The notes under the pieces: generated by a model
The model's input: only the letters and a program-made list of their open reading frames with translations
Database searches by the model: none
What the model was told of the DNA's origin: nothing
Position numbers and translations under genes: made by a program
DNA from: Gemmatimonadota bacterium
GTDB lineage: Bacteria; Gemmatimonadota; Gemmatimonadetes; Gemmatimonadales; GWC2-71-9
Length of the DNA: 64,000 nucleotides
Reading direction: 5' to 3'
Assembly: GCA_036679605.1 (NCBI GenBank)
Contig: JAZDCZ010000419.1
Coordinates: forward strand, 192,001 to 256,000
In this document: positions 38,248 to 48,233 of the stretch, piece by piece
How positions within the stretch are numbered: the first letter of the stretch is position 1
How the letters are laid out: each line of letters starts with the position of its first letter

Positions 38248-40692
38248 CTAGACTACGAGATTAACCAACCGATCTTGCACGTAGATCGATTTTCTTACTT
38301 CCCGACCATCCAATGCCCGGAGCACCGCATCATCTTCCAAAGCGAACTCGAGCACCTGGTTCTCGGGTAGTCCACGTGTTACGTGAAGTCGAGACCTAAC
38401 CTTACCGTTAACCTGAACCACCACCACCACATCCTCCGCATCGGCAAGCGCGGCGTCAGATACAGGCCATTTTGCGTCGAACACGCTGTCGTCATGCCCC
38501 AAGCGCTCCCAGGATTCCTCAGAGAAATGTGGAGCAAACGGTGCCAACATCACGATCAGCGGTTCCACCATATCGCGATCTACAGAAGCATCGGAATTGT
38601 CTTTCGCACCGCTAACGTCACGCAGCAAATTCAGGTATTCCATGAGGCCGGCGATCGCGGTGTTGTAGCGCAACTCCTCTGTTGCATCCGTCACCTTGCG
38701 GATCGTTTGATGCAATTTCTGTAGCGCTCGACCACTCTTCGCCTCGGGACGTGGCGAGGCCTGCGACACCAAGCCCCATACTTTGTCCAGAAAGCGACGC
38801 ATTCCCGAAATTCCGTCGTCTCTGAAATCGCCGCCTTCCAAGTAGGGTCCGAGGAACATCAGGTACATCCGGAACGTGTCCGCTCCCCATTTCGACAGAT
38901 AATCATCAGGGATGACGGTGTTGCCGCGGGATTTCGACATCTTGGCCCCATCCTTAACGATGGTTCCGTGGGCCCGAAATTTAGGGAATGGTTCTTCGAA
39001 CGTTATGTGTCCGAGATCGTGCAGCGCCATCGTTATGAATCGCGAGTACATGAGATGGAGCACCGCGTGTTCGTTACCACCTATATACGATTGTACGGGC
39101 AGCCATTTTTTCGTCAACTCCGTGTCGAATGGCCGATCCCGAAATTCCGTCGACGGATACCGCAAGAAATACCAAGAGCTATCGAGAAACGTGTCCGAAA
39201 CGTCGGTTTCGCGCGTGGCTTCTTCTCCACAACTAGGACACGGTACCTTGTACCACTCTTCGTGCCGCGCAAGTGGTGATTCGCCCGTCTCGTCGGGTTT
39301 GAAATCTTCGATCAACGGTAGCAGCACTGGAAGTTCTGAGTCGGGAACCGGTACCGTACCACATTCCTTGCAATAGATTACCGGAATGGGCGGTCCCCAG
39401 TAACGCTGCCGTGAGATGCACCAGTCGTGTAGCCTATACTGAATCTTAGCCTTGCCAAGTTGCTTTTCCTCCAGCCACTCGCTGACTGATTTCACGGCCT
39501 CGCTACATGCCATTCCATCGAACCGTCCACTATTCACGATCGTGCCGTCCCAGCCACTGAAGGGAAGGTCCGTGGGTTCCTTAGGCTCTACAACCTGCCT
39601 TATCTCCAGGCCAAAGCCCTTGGCAAATTCGTAGTCGCGTTCGTCATGTGCCGGCACTGCCATGATGGCGCCCGTTCCGTACTCCATTAGCACATAGTCC
39701 GCGATCCATATCGGAACGGATTCACCTGTCGCCGGATTCCTGGCGTACGTGCCCGTAAAAACCCCGGTCTTGATCTTGTCCCCAACCCTTCGCGACACCA
39801 GGTCTTTCTGTATTGCGCTTCGGCGGTATTCGTTGACTTCTCTCTGCTGCTCTGCCGCCGTCACCACGTCCACCATCGAATGCTCCGGTGCAAGAACTAG
39901 GTATGTAGCACCAAACACCGTATCCGGCCGAGTCGTATAGACCCGGATCGGCGTTCCGGATGGAGTCTCGAACACAAGTTCAGCACCTTCGGAGCGTCCA
40001 ATCCAGTTCTGTTGCATCCTCCGGGTCGACTCGGACCAATCGAGCCTGCTGAGACTGTCTAGCAGGCGCTGCGCGTACTTGGTAATGGTGAAGAACCATT
40101 GATCGAGCATGCGCTGATGTACACGCGTTTCCAAATGACGCTCACAATATCCGTCAATCACCTGTTCGTTGGCCAGCACGGTTTTGCACTCCGGACACCA
40201 GTTGACCGGCGCTTTTTTCTTCACCGCCAAGCCGGCTTTGAAAAGCTGCAGAAAGATCCACTGTGTCCAGCAATAGTACTCGGGATCAGTGGTGGTCAGC
40301 TCATGGTCCCAGTCGAACATGAGACCCATTCGCTTCAACTGCTGCCGGAACCGTGAGATGTTGTCCGGTATCAGTTTGTTGGGGTGAGTGTTCACCTTCA
40401 GGGCGAAATTCTCCGAGTGAATCCCGAAGGCATCGAATCCTATCGGCTCGAACACATCCCACCCTTGAAGCCGCTTGAACCGGCCGTGGATGTCCACACC
40501 TACAAACGCAAAGACATTGCCAACGTGAAGTCCCTCCGCCGATGGGTAGGGAAACATCATGAGGTTGTAGTATGGCCGCTCGGCTTTACGTAGGTCTACC
40601 GAATGCGTGCGGTGCTCCTCCCACCGACCGCGCCATTTCTCCTCAACGGCCTGGGGGTCGTAGTCAGCTGTCAATTCTTCCCTATCGGACAT
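38248..40692 (-). CDS. leuS: Leucine--tRNA ligase
   Basis: MFPYPS..LHVGN (HIGH), TTRPDT editing domain, SRQRYWG, KMSKS, VQVNGKVR. Confidence 0.98.
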   Translation of the reverse strand: MSDREELTADYDPQAVEEKWRGRWEEHRTHSVDLRKAERPYYNLMMFPYPSAEGLHVGNVFAFVGVDIHGRFKRLQGWDVFEPIGFDAFGIHSENFALKVNTHPNKLIPDNISRFRQQLKRMGLMFDWDHELTTTDPEYYCWTQWIFLQLFKAGLAVKKKAPVNWCPECKTVLANEQVIDGYCERHLETRVHQRMLDQWFFTITKYAQRLLDSLSRLDWSESTRRMQQNWIGRSEGAELVFETPSGTPIRVYTTRPDTVFGATYLVLAPEHSMVDVVTAAEQQREVNEYRRSAIQKDLVSRRVGDKIKTGVFTGTYARNPATGESVPIWIADYVLMEYGTGAIMAVPAHDERDYEFAKGFGLEIRQVVEPKEPTDLPFSGWDGTIVNSGRFDGMACSEAVKSVSEWLEEKQLGKAKIQYRLHDWCISRQRYWGPPIPVIYCKECGTVPVPDSELPVLLPLIEDFKPDETGESPLARHEEWYKVPCPSCGEEATRETDVSDTFLDSSWYFLRYPSTEFRDRPFDTELTKKWLPVQSYIGGNEHAVLHLMYSRFITMALHDLGHITFEEPFPKFRAHGTIVKDGAKMSKSRGNTVIPDDYLSKWGADTFRMYLMFLGPYLEGGDFRDDGISGMRRFLDKVWGLVSQASPRPEAKSGRALQKLHQTIRKVTDATEELRYNTAIAGLMEYLNLLRDVSGAKDNSDASVDRDMVEPLIVMLAPFAPHFSEESWERLGHDDSVFDAKWPVSDAALADAEDVVVVVQVNGKVRSRLHVTRGLPENQVLEFALEDDAVLRALDGREVRKSIYVQDRLVNLVV

Positions 40693-40752
40693 AGTGCGCG
40701 AAATCTAGCACGGCTTGCTCCTCCAGGAAGGCTCACCTACTTTGCCCTACGA

Positions 40753-42819
40753 ATGTCTGGCGGATCGATAGAACTCCGGAAGCGGGTCATTGTTGTTGGT
40801 GTCCCGATCGCCATCGTTGCAACCGTCCTCGGTGCATACATGACGAGCCGGGCTGTTGCGCGCGAGTTCGACAGGACTATTGAGACCAACTTGCTGGAGA
40901 CCGCCGACCGGGCGGCGCGGACTGTAGAGGCATATATGACCGAGCGGCTCTCTGACATGAGAGACCTCGCAACATTGCCTGCAGTTATCGCAGCCACAGG
41001 GACAGGCGGGGACATGGCGGAACGACTCAGACTCGATCGGCTCACGACCACTGCGTTAGAAGAGCGTTTCGCAGAAACTTCGGGTCTTGTCCCCGACCCA
41101 CGACTCCAGAGTTACTTCACACAGTTTGCCGATTCCGGTGATTTTTCTGAGATCACAGTGACGGAGAAACGTGGCTTCACCGTACTGCGTACGAATCCGG
41201 GCTCGCAGTTTGTGCGTTCAGGTGAGCAGTGGTGGGAACGGCTCATCGAAGCCGGCGACTACCAGAGTCCACCAACGTACGACCAATCATCGGGGCGCGT
41301 TCAACTCATCCTTGCCCGAGCCATCGCGGACCCCCAGTCGGGAGATCTGGTCGGGACCGTACAGTCGATACTCGATCTATCAGGGCTCACCAGGCTGCTT
41401 GGGGCAGATAGCAAGACGGTCGGCTCCAGTGTTCAGGTTGTTGACTCGTCGGGCAAGGTTGTGATCTCCACCGATGCGGCGGTAGCCTTTGGCTCAGTCA
41501 TTCAGTCAACGGCGATCGTGAGCGACCAAATTCAAGTGGCTCGCACCGCTTCGGTAACTGGAATCGTCGTTTCCGCGCCAGTCGGCACGAATCCGTGGTC
41601 AGTCGTGGTAGAGAGACGTCGAGAGGTAGCACTGGCAGCGGCCAGATCAGTCCGTGATGCCATCTACCTGACAGCGGGTGCGGGTCTCATCGTCGCGATA
41701 ATATTGATCGCCTGGCTCACAGACTGGCTATCCCGTCGAGTGACCAGGCCAATTCGCCTGGCGGGCATCGTGGCCGGGCGCGTGGCTGACGGAGATCTCT
41801 CGATTTCTCCCCAAGCAAGTGGCGCCGGCTCCGAAGAGGTGAACAAGCTACTAGAGTCCATCCACGAAATGGTCGGCGCTCTCCAGCGCTTGGTGGGAGA
41901 AATACGTTCATCGTCTCACGAGTCAGCCGCTATGGCTCAGCAGATTTCCGCTAGCACCGAGGAAATGTCTGCTTCGACTCAGCAAATGGCGGACACCTGC
42001 CAGGATTTGTCTGAGCAGGCCACTGTACAGGCAGACCTTGCGCGGCGCTCCGCCGACGACGCCAACCGAATCTTGAGCATCTCGAGTACTCTAGCGGATG
42101 GATCGAACGTCGCCGCCGAGCGTAGTACCGCGATCAATCGCACGGCTGATGAGCACCGAGAGCACCTCATCGAAGGAAGTGCAAAACTGGCTCAGTTGGC
42201 CAGTGACCTCGAGCGTGGTGCAGCCGATGCGGAGAAGCTTGCGGAGCTGTCGGAACACGTTCAACGGTTCGTGACTCAGGCCAAGGCAACGGCAGCTCAA
42301 ACCAATATGTTGGCGTTGAATGCGGCCATCGAGGCTTCACGTGCATCGCACGGGGAGGAGCGGGGATTCGCGGTCGTGGCCGACGAGGTACGCAAGCTCG
42401 CCTCTCAGGCGGCACAAGCGGCGACTGACACATCCCAGATCGTTCACAAGGTACAAGGGACCGTTCAGGATATCCGCGAGCGACTGACGCGTCTCGCCGA
42501 GGCAAGCTCCGCTGTACGAGAAGTAGCCGAGGCTGCTGCTAGAGCCCTCGAGGAGGTGGCTGGAGCCACCGCGGAATCGAGTGCCTGGAGCGATGAGATC
42601 TCGCACGCGGCAGGCGACGTCAAGAAACTAGTGGAGGAGATTACTGGACGGCTCGAGTCGATCGCCTTGGGAACGGAATCCATCGTGGCGGCATCACAGC
42701 AAATCGCCGCATCGGCAGAAGAGCAAAGCGCATCCACTGAGGAAATCGCCGGCTCTGCAGCACAACTCGCCAGTGTTTCCGATCACCTCACACTAACCGT
42801 GAACTCGTTTCGCCTGTAG
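40753..42819 (+). CDS. Methyl-accepting chemotaxis protein (Cache-HAMP-MA)
   Basis: Two TMs, HAMP, QTNMLALNAAIEA..RGFAVVADEVRKLA. Confidence 0.92.
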   Translation: MSGGSIELRKRVIVVGVPIAIVATVLGAYMTSRAVAREFDRTIETNLLETADRAARTVEAYMTERLSDMRDLATLPAVIAATGTGGDMAERLRLDRLTTTALEERFAETSGLVPDPRLQSYFTQFADSGDFSEITVTEKRGFTVLRTNPGSQFVRSGEQWWERLIEAGDYQSPPTYDQSSGRVQLILARAIADPQSGDLVGTVQSILDLSGLTRLLGADSKTVGSSVQVVDSSGKVVISTDAAVAFGSVIQSTAIVSDQIQVARTASVTGIVVSAPVGTNPWSVVVERRREVALAAARSVRDAIYLTAGAGLIVAIILIAWLTDWLSRRVTRPIRLAGIVAGRVADGDLSISPQASGAGSEEVNKLLESIHEMVGALQRLVGEIRSSSHESAAMAQQISASTEEMSASTQQMADTCQDLSEQATVQADLARRSADDANRILSISSTLADGSNVAAERSTAINRTADEHREHLIEGSAKLAQLASDLERGAADAEKLAELSEHVQRFVTQAKATAAQTNMLALNAAIEASRASHGEERGFAVVADEVRKLASQAAQAATDTSQIVHKVQGTVQDIRERLTRLAEASSAVREVAEAAARALEEVAGATAESSAWSDEISHAAGDVKKLVEEITGRLESIALGTESIVAASQQIAASAEEQSASTEEIAGSAAQLASVSDHLTLTVNSFRL

Positions 42820-42880
42820 GACCAACATGGGGATCCCTCCCGCAGGACCTTACTGACCTCACCCAGACTGGTTGGCCGAA

Positions 42881-44470
42881 CTAACTCAGATCCACCAGGC
42901 TCACGTCCAAGACATCGGCGTGCGCTTTCAGTTTCTCCATCACAGTTTGAGACGGTGCTCGATCTATCAAAATGGTCGCTAGCGCCTCGCCCTTCCCAAC
43001 TTCGCTGCGCGACTTGTGATAGGTGGCAATATTGATCTTAGCTTCGCCCAACACTGTCCCTACACGCCCGATGACACCGGGAACGTCGCGATTCCACAAC
43101 AATAAAATGAGTCCTTCCGGCACTATATCTACGGGGAACACACCGATACGAGTGATTCGGCTAGTTTGCTCGGAGAGCTGGGCCCCCCTTACCGTAACCT
43201 GCCCGTCCGTGGTCCCGAGTTCTACCCCTACAGCGGCTAACAGTCCCGGTTCCGGTGCGAAAACCCGACGTGTCATCGAGATGTTGTTCTGCTCCGCCAG
43301 CACCGCTGCGTTCACGATACTGACCGGACCGATTCCCAGTGCAATGAGCACACCTTCCATCGCCGCCAGCATTACGGCCTTGGGCGCACCATCTTCTTCA
43401 CCACCGTATTGCACCTCGACAGATCGTATCGAACCAGCCGAGATCGATGCGGCTAGCCGCCCAAGCGCGCGCGCAAGCTCTAGTGTGGGCCGGGATCGTG
43501 ACAGTGTCTCGCTCGAGATGCCTGGGACGTTGACCGCACCTCCGATCTCACCGGCTCGAAGCGCTTGGCGCACCGATTGGCAAATTTCTAGCGCCACTCG
43601 CTCTTGAGCCTCAGCCGTTGATGCGGCCAGATGGGGCGTAAGCAGCAGTTTGGACGACGACCGAAGGGGAGAATCCTCGGGTAGTGGCTCAGGATCGAAG
43701 ACGTCGATCGCCGCGCCTGCCAGTTGATCCTTCTCCAATGCTTCCAGTAGTGCGGTGCCGTCCACTAGCCCACCCCGTGCCGTATTGACTATGACGGCAG
43801 TGGGCTTCATGAGGGCCAGACGCTCGGCATTAATGATGTGCCTGGTCTCGTCGGTCATTGGAAGATGGAGGGTCACTACGTCGGCCTCGCCCAGTGTCTC
43901 CTCCACCGAACCAGGCTCAATTTTGAGTTCGCGCATCAGTTCGTCCGATACGAACAGATCGTGTGCGATCACCTTCATCCCAAAGGCCTGCGCGATCTTC
44001 GCCACATGTTGGCCTATTCGCCCCATTCCGATGCACCCCAGCGTCTTGCCGCGAAGTTCGGTACCACCAAATCGCTTGCGCTCCCACTTCCCCTGCCACA
44101 TGCTCTCAACCGCCCAGGGGATCCTCCGCAGCAATGCCAGCAACATGGCTATCGTATGCTCTGCCGCGCTTACCGTGTTCGCGCCCGGTGCATTTAGCAC
44201 GGCTACTCCACGCCTGGTCGCCGCGGCGAGATCTATGTTATCGACACCAATGCCGGCACGCGCAATCACCATGAGAGCTGGGGCGGCTACCATCAGGTCC
44301 TCGGTTACCTGTGTATCCGATCTGACTATTAGTGCGTGGGCCCGCGTCATGGCATCCTTGAGTTGTTCGGGCCGCCCCACGGTCGAGATGACTTCGAATC
44401 CCGGCGTATCCCTCAGCAACTCCAGACCGCACTCGCTCAGTTTGTCTGCGACAACAACCACGCAACTCAT
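42881..44470 (-). CDS. serA: D-3-phosphoglycerate dehydrogenase
   Basis: RAGIGVDN, GMGRIG, NTARG, TPHLAAST, C-terminal ACT (DVPGVIG). Confidence 0.95.
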   Translation of the reverse strand: MSCVVVVADKLSECGLELLRDTPGFEVISTVGRPEQLKDAMTRAHALIVRSDTQVTEDLMVAAPALMVIARAGIGVDNIDLAAATRRGVAVLNAPGANTVSAAEHTIAMLLALLRRIPWAVESMWQGKWERKRFGGTELRGKTLGCIGMGRIGQHVAKIAQAFGMKVIAHDLFVSDELMRELKIEPGSVEETLGEADVVTLHLPMTDETRHIINAERLALMKPTAVIVNTARGGLVDGTALLEALEKDQLAGAAIDVFDPEPLPEDSPLRSSSKLLLTPHLAASTAEAQERVALEICQSVRQALRAGEIGGAVNVPGISSETLSRSRPTLELARALGRLAASISAGSIRSVEVQYGGEEDGAPKAVMLAAMEGVLIALGIGPVSIVNAAVLAEQNNISMTRRVFAPEPGLLAAVGVELGTTDGQVTVRGAQLSEQTSRITRIGVFPVDIVPEGLILLLWNRDVPGVIGRVGTVLGEAKINIATYHKSRSEVGKGEALATILIDRAPSQTVMEKLKAHADVLDVSLVDLS

Positions 44471-45558
44471 GCTGCCACCTGTTCAATGTTGCCCAGCAAT
44501 TCGACCACGCTCTCCACCGAGTGATCTCCCATATGACCGATGCGGATCGTCTGTTCCTTCAGTTCACCATAACCTGAGCCGACTACCCAACCCTTGCGCG
44601 CAAGCATTCTTGCCAAGTCGCGGCCGCTATGGCCTTCTGGGACGTTCAGGCACGATACCGTCCATGACCTTCTATCGACACGCGGCAGGTATGAGAACCC
44701 CAATTCCCCGCCCTGTCCGTCCACCCAGGTTTCTACCGCCCGGCGCATCGCGTCGTGGCGAGACCATCGTTCCTCCACACCGCCGGCGGCCTCGATGCGC
44801 TCCAGCTGTCGAGACAGGGCATAGAGAAGTGAGATAGCAGGGGTGTTCGTGGGTTGAAACTTCTCCGCTGCATCGGCATAGGCCACTAGGTCCAGATAAG
44901 CACCGCGGTCAGGCAGCGTTTTGGCCCGTTCGATCATCTTTTCGGATGCGGCGGCTAACGCAAGTCCCGGCGGTAGTGCTAACGCTTTCTGTGCTCCAGT
45001 GAGGACAAAATCGAGGGACCATTGGTCCGTCTCGACTGGGGATCCCGCCATCGAAGTTACCGCGTCGACGAGGAACACGACGTCATCAAACCCGCGCATC
45101 ACCTCCGCAAGTTCCTCGAGCGGCGCCAAGGCACCAGTTGAGGTCTCGGAATGCACCAGCGTTACCGCATCGACGTCTGAGCGCTCGACTGCATCTTCGA
45201 GCATATCCGCTTCGAACGTGCATCCAAGGGGGACGTTCAGCCTAACCACCTCCTTGCCCGTGGCGGCTACAATTCCAGCAAACCGCTCGCCGAATGCACC
45301 TCCTACCAAGCTGAGAGCCCGGTGCCGCACACCCGATCGGACAGCCATTTCCATGAAACCAGTCGCCGCGCAGGTTCCAATCATGACAGGCCTCCGTGTG
45401 CGGAACAGCTTGCGGAGATGTGTGTCTGCTCGCTCCAACAGATCGACCATCTCCAAGCCACGGTGGGGAATCATGGGTCGCACCATTGATTCCAGCACCT
45501 CCGGATGGACTTCCGTAGGCCCAGGAAGAAAAAAACGCCCAAATTGAGGCGTGCTCAA
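44467..45558 (-). CDS. Class V PLP aminotransferase (serine-pyruvate/phosphoserine type)
   Basis: FLPGPT, HSETSTG, DAVTS, GAQKAL, IRIGHMG; coupled to serA. Confidence 0.9.
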   Translation of the reverse strand: MSTPQFGRFFLPGPTEVHPEVLESMVRPMIPHRGLEMVDLLERADTHLRKLFRTRRPVMIGTCAATGFMEMAVRSGVRHRALSLVGGAFGERFAGIVAATGKEVVRLNVPLGCTFEADMLEDAVERSDVDAVTLVHSETSTGALAPLEELAEVMRGFDDVVFLVDAVTSMAGSPVETDQWSLDFVLTGAQKALALPPGLALAAASEKMIERAKTLPDRGAYLDLVAYADAAEKFQPTNTPAISLLYALSRQLERIEAAGGVEERWSRHDAMRRAVETWVDGQGGELGFSYLPRVDRRSWTVSCLNVPEGHSGRDLARMLARKGWVVGSGYGELKEQTIRIGHMGDHSVESVVELLGNIEQVAA

Positions 45559-46220
45559 CTCACAGCAACTTTCTCTCTCGGTTCACCATTCATTTTGAGA
45601 GCGTCATCCGTTGTGATCACCTCTACTCCCAGCTTCATCCATTTGTCTAGCAGAGAGGCTGCCTTCTCCGCAACGATCGGCTTCGTGGCATCTCTGACCA
45701 GGTAAATCTGAGTTTCAGGATATCTGGTGAGCAGTCCTTCAATTACATACCTATTGCACACATCGAGCGCAACTCCGTAGACAACCACTGCCTCGGGGGC
45801 CAGCTCGTCCAACACATGATCGACGTTGGCGTTGCTGAACACATCCACAGAGTGCTTGTGGAAAACAATGTCTCCCTTGTGCGCCCGGATCGTCTCTCGT
45901 AGCGATACCGCGTCCAAAGGTTCTGGTTCGATGAGGAGAGATCCTGCGAGTTCTGTCTCGGGAATCTTTCTCTGGCCCGATGTACCGCGCATGCAGTGGG
46001 GCGGAAACGTCTCGCAGAAATCGGGCTCGGCTGATATCTCCGGATGCTGGGACAAGTGGTCGTCCGCACTCGCAATGATCCTTATGTCCCTAGCACGGGC
46101 GTGCTGGGTCAAGCGCGACAGATTCGGAATCAACTCCTGCGCTCCGGGGACATAGAGTTTGCCCTCGGCATGCATGAAGTCGACCTGCGTGTCCACATCC
46201 CAGAAAATCAAGCGAGCCAT
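45555..46220 (-). CDS. pncA: Nicotinamidase (isochorismatase family)
   Basis: DVDTQVDF, D-x-H, FPPHC, GVALDVC; adjacent to NAPRTase. Confidence 0.8.
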   Translation of the reverse strand: MARLIFWDVDTQVDFMHAEGKLYVPGAQELIPNLSRLTQHARARDIRIIASADDHLSQHPEISAEPDFCETFPPHCMRGTSGQRKIPETELAGSLLIEPEPLDAVSLRETIRAHKGDIVFHKHSVDVFSNANVDHVLDELAPEAVVVYGVALDVCNRYVIEGLLTRYPETQIYLVRDATKPIVAEKAASLLDKWMKLGVEVITTDDALKMNGEPREKVAVS

Positions 46221-47284
46221 CAGTCCACGGACTCGAGTCTCTGATTGTCGGCGTATTGACGACCCACCTTCGCGCAGGGTTTCCCATCCACCATCACCAC
46301 ATCAGCCGTAAAGTCGAATTCCCCTCTGCCTCGAAACAGAGATGATCCAACGCCATAGGTATCTACGGGCACAGCTGCTTCCTCGAAGGTACGAATCTTC
46401 TCGACCGAGAATCCACCCGACACGATGATCTTAACTTGGCCAAACCCTTCTCTGTCGAGCGCATTGCGCACGTTCCAAACTAACTGGGGATTGACGCCGG
46501 TCGGATTGAAATTTCCCATGTCTGCGACTACTGACGAATCAACTACGGTGCTTGCTGTATCGAGGCGTACACCGTACAGTTTTGGCCCGAGTGCCTTCGC
46601 TATAGCCAAAGAAGTGCCAACAGAGTCGTTTTCGAAATCAACCAGGCACACCAGTCTCACGTGATCCGGCATGTGTTCGGCGAACCTCACAGACGCCAGC
46701 ACACTGTCACCGCCATAAGCGGCAATGAGCCCGTGCGGAACCGTACCGACGCCCTCGCTGCCCCACCATGACGCCTGCGCATCGGTGGAAACACCGATGG
46801 CGCCCGCTATGTGCGCAGCGTAGCCGTCTCCCGTCTGAACCAACCAGTGATCATGCCGGGCCGGAAAAAACATGACGTCTTTCGGCCGCGCTGCGTCCAC
46901 CACCCGGCGCGTGTTCGTGCCAACCCGAGTGCGGCGGGCGAGCACGCCGAGAAAGAGGGTCTCTAGGTGAGCAAAGACGTCGTACGGACCTTCGATCGTC
47001 ATCACTGTCTCGTACGGTTCGATGTGTTCTCCGTCGTACAGGGCCCTGACTTCGAGATCGTCCCACTCGACCGAACAGAGCCTGAGTATTGCCACTGCCT
47101 CGTCGATCCCGCCCAGATAGGCGTCCGATCGCCCAAAGACCTGCATCAAGACGTGGGGGTGGTGATCGTCCGAGATCAGCACCTCTCTCGCGCGCACGAA
47201 GTATTTGTCGCTATAGTAACCTGATCGCATGCGATCGACGGGTAGATTGAAGATCGATGGGTCGAGCCGCTCTCTTCGCGGCAT
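46220..47284 (-). CDS. Nicotinate phosphoribosyltransferase family
   Basis: YYSDKYF, GTVPH, GVRLDT, IIVSGG, YGVGS, DFTADVV..KVGR. Confidence 0.85.
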   Translation of the reverse strand: MPRRERLDPSIFNLPVDRMRSGYYSDKYFVRAREVLISDDHHPHVLMQVFGRSDAYLGGIDEAVAILRLCSVEWDDLEVRALYDGEHIEPYETVMTIEGPYDVFAHLETLFLGVLARRTRVGTNTRRVVDAARPKDVMFFPARHDHWLVQTGDGYAAHIAGAIGVSTDAQASWWGSEGVGTVPHGLIAAYGGDSVLASVRFAEHMPDHVRLVCLVDFENDSVGTSLAIAKALGPKLYGVRLDTASTVVDSSVVADMGNFNPTGVNPQLVWNVRNALDREGFGQVKIIVSGGFSVEKIRTFEEAAVPVDTYGVGSSLFRGRGEFDFTADVVMVDGKPCAKVGRQYADNQRLESVD

Positions 47285-47285
47285 C

Positions 47286-48002
47286 TTAGTTGACCTCTTT
47301 ACGGATTCTGTACCGTAAAGCACGCCGACTGAGCCACCGGACTCCCATCGCATCGTATAGGCCCACAAACAACCGATCCCACATGCCGTATTTGGTCTTG
47401 CCGCTTATGCGCGGGCGATGCACGACAGGCACTTCCAACACGCGGCCGCCCTGCAACCTGATCAGCGTAGGATAAAAGCGATGCATTCCGTTGAACCGGG
47501 GAATGGTTTTGAGGATGTCTCTCCGCATGGCCTTGAGCGAGCATCCCGTGTCTCGCACATTGTCGCGCGTAAGCCAGTTCCGGACCGAGTTGGCCACAGC
47601 ACTCTGGACTCTCTTCCATCTCGAATCCGTGCGGCGGCTCCTAAACCCGACGACTGCTGCTAAGTTGGGATCTCGCCGTAACATGTCCACCATGCCCGGA
47701 ATGTCGCAAGGGCTATTTTGACCGTCGGCATCCATCGTGACCATCAAGTCGCCGCTAGCCATCTGGAATCCCGCCGCGAAGGCCGCACTCTGGCCGGCAT
47801 GGGTTTCCAGCGTTACGATGCGGAGAAAACAATATTGGGTTTCGAGCCGCTTCAACTCCTGGAGAGAGCCATCAGTTGACCCATCGTCCACTGCAACGAC
47901 CTCATACTCACCGGGCTCCATCACCCCACTTAGCTCGCTCAAGAGGGGTGCTAGGCTATCCCTTTCGTTGAAGACCGGCAGTACTACAGAGACCATTGGC
48001 AT
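47286..48002 (-). CDS. Glycosyltransferase family 2 (DPM1-like)
   Basis: PVFNE, VDDGSTD, MDADGQ, DTGCSLK. Confidence 0.92.
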   Translation of the reverse strand: MPMVSVVLPVFNERDSLAPLLSELSGVMEPGEYEVVAVDDGSTDGSLQELKRLETQYCFLRIVTLETHAGQSAAFAAGFQMASGDLMVTMDADGQNSPCDIPGMVDMLRRDPNLAAVVGFRSRRTDSRWKRVQSAVANSVRNWLTRDNVRDTGCSLKAMRRDILKTIPRFNGMHRFYPTLIRLQGGRVLEVPVVHRPRISGKTKYGMWDRLFVGLYDAMGVRWLSRRALRYRIRKEVN

Positions 48003-48233
48003 GCGTCCCGGGTATCTGACGCGGGAACGTACGTAGTCCTCGTGGACGAATCAAGTTGACATTCGTGGGCATATTCTGGTTAATTCGCCGTGCTTTGCAG
48101 TTTGCTGACTATCTCGAGGAGGCGCTACAGTGACCGATTTCCTCTCGCGCGGCGAAATCGTGGAGTCGGCTTTTGGCTTCCATGTTAATGCCGGAGCTAG
48201 TTTGGGTTCGATAATCATACGGCAATCGGATGA

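Larger units (their letters stand above)
28869..38331. mobile_element. Genomic island inserted at the leuS 3' end, no integrase visible
   Basis: Flanked by direct repeats of the leuS C-terminal 84 nt; accessory cargo; 29100-33500 looks GC-richer than flanks by eye. Confidence 0.8.

Noticed and set aside
40515..40535. HVGN instead of HIGH in LeuS
   Set aside because: Within normal variation of class I synthetase signatures
43755..44837. 360-aa plus-strand ORF and similar long antisense ORFs (4628-5365, 29145-29849, 57907-58617)
   Set aside because: Shadows of well-supported genes on the opposite strand; expected in GC-rich DNA, no motifs
48056..48085. TTGACA promoter upstream of the Omp85-like gene
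   Set aside because: No convincing -10 at 17-bp spacing; left uncalled
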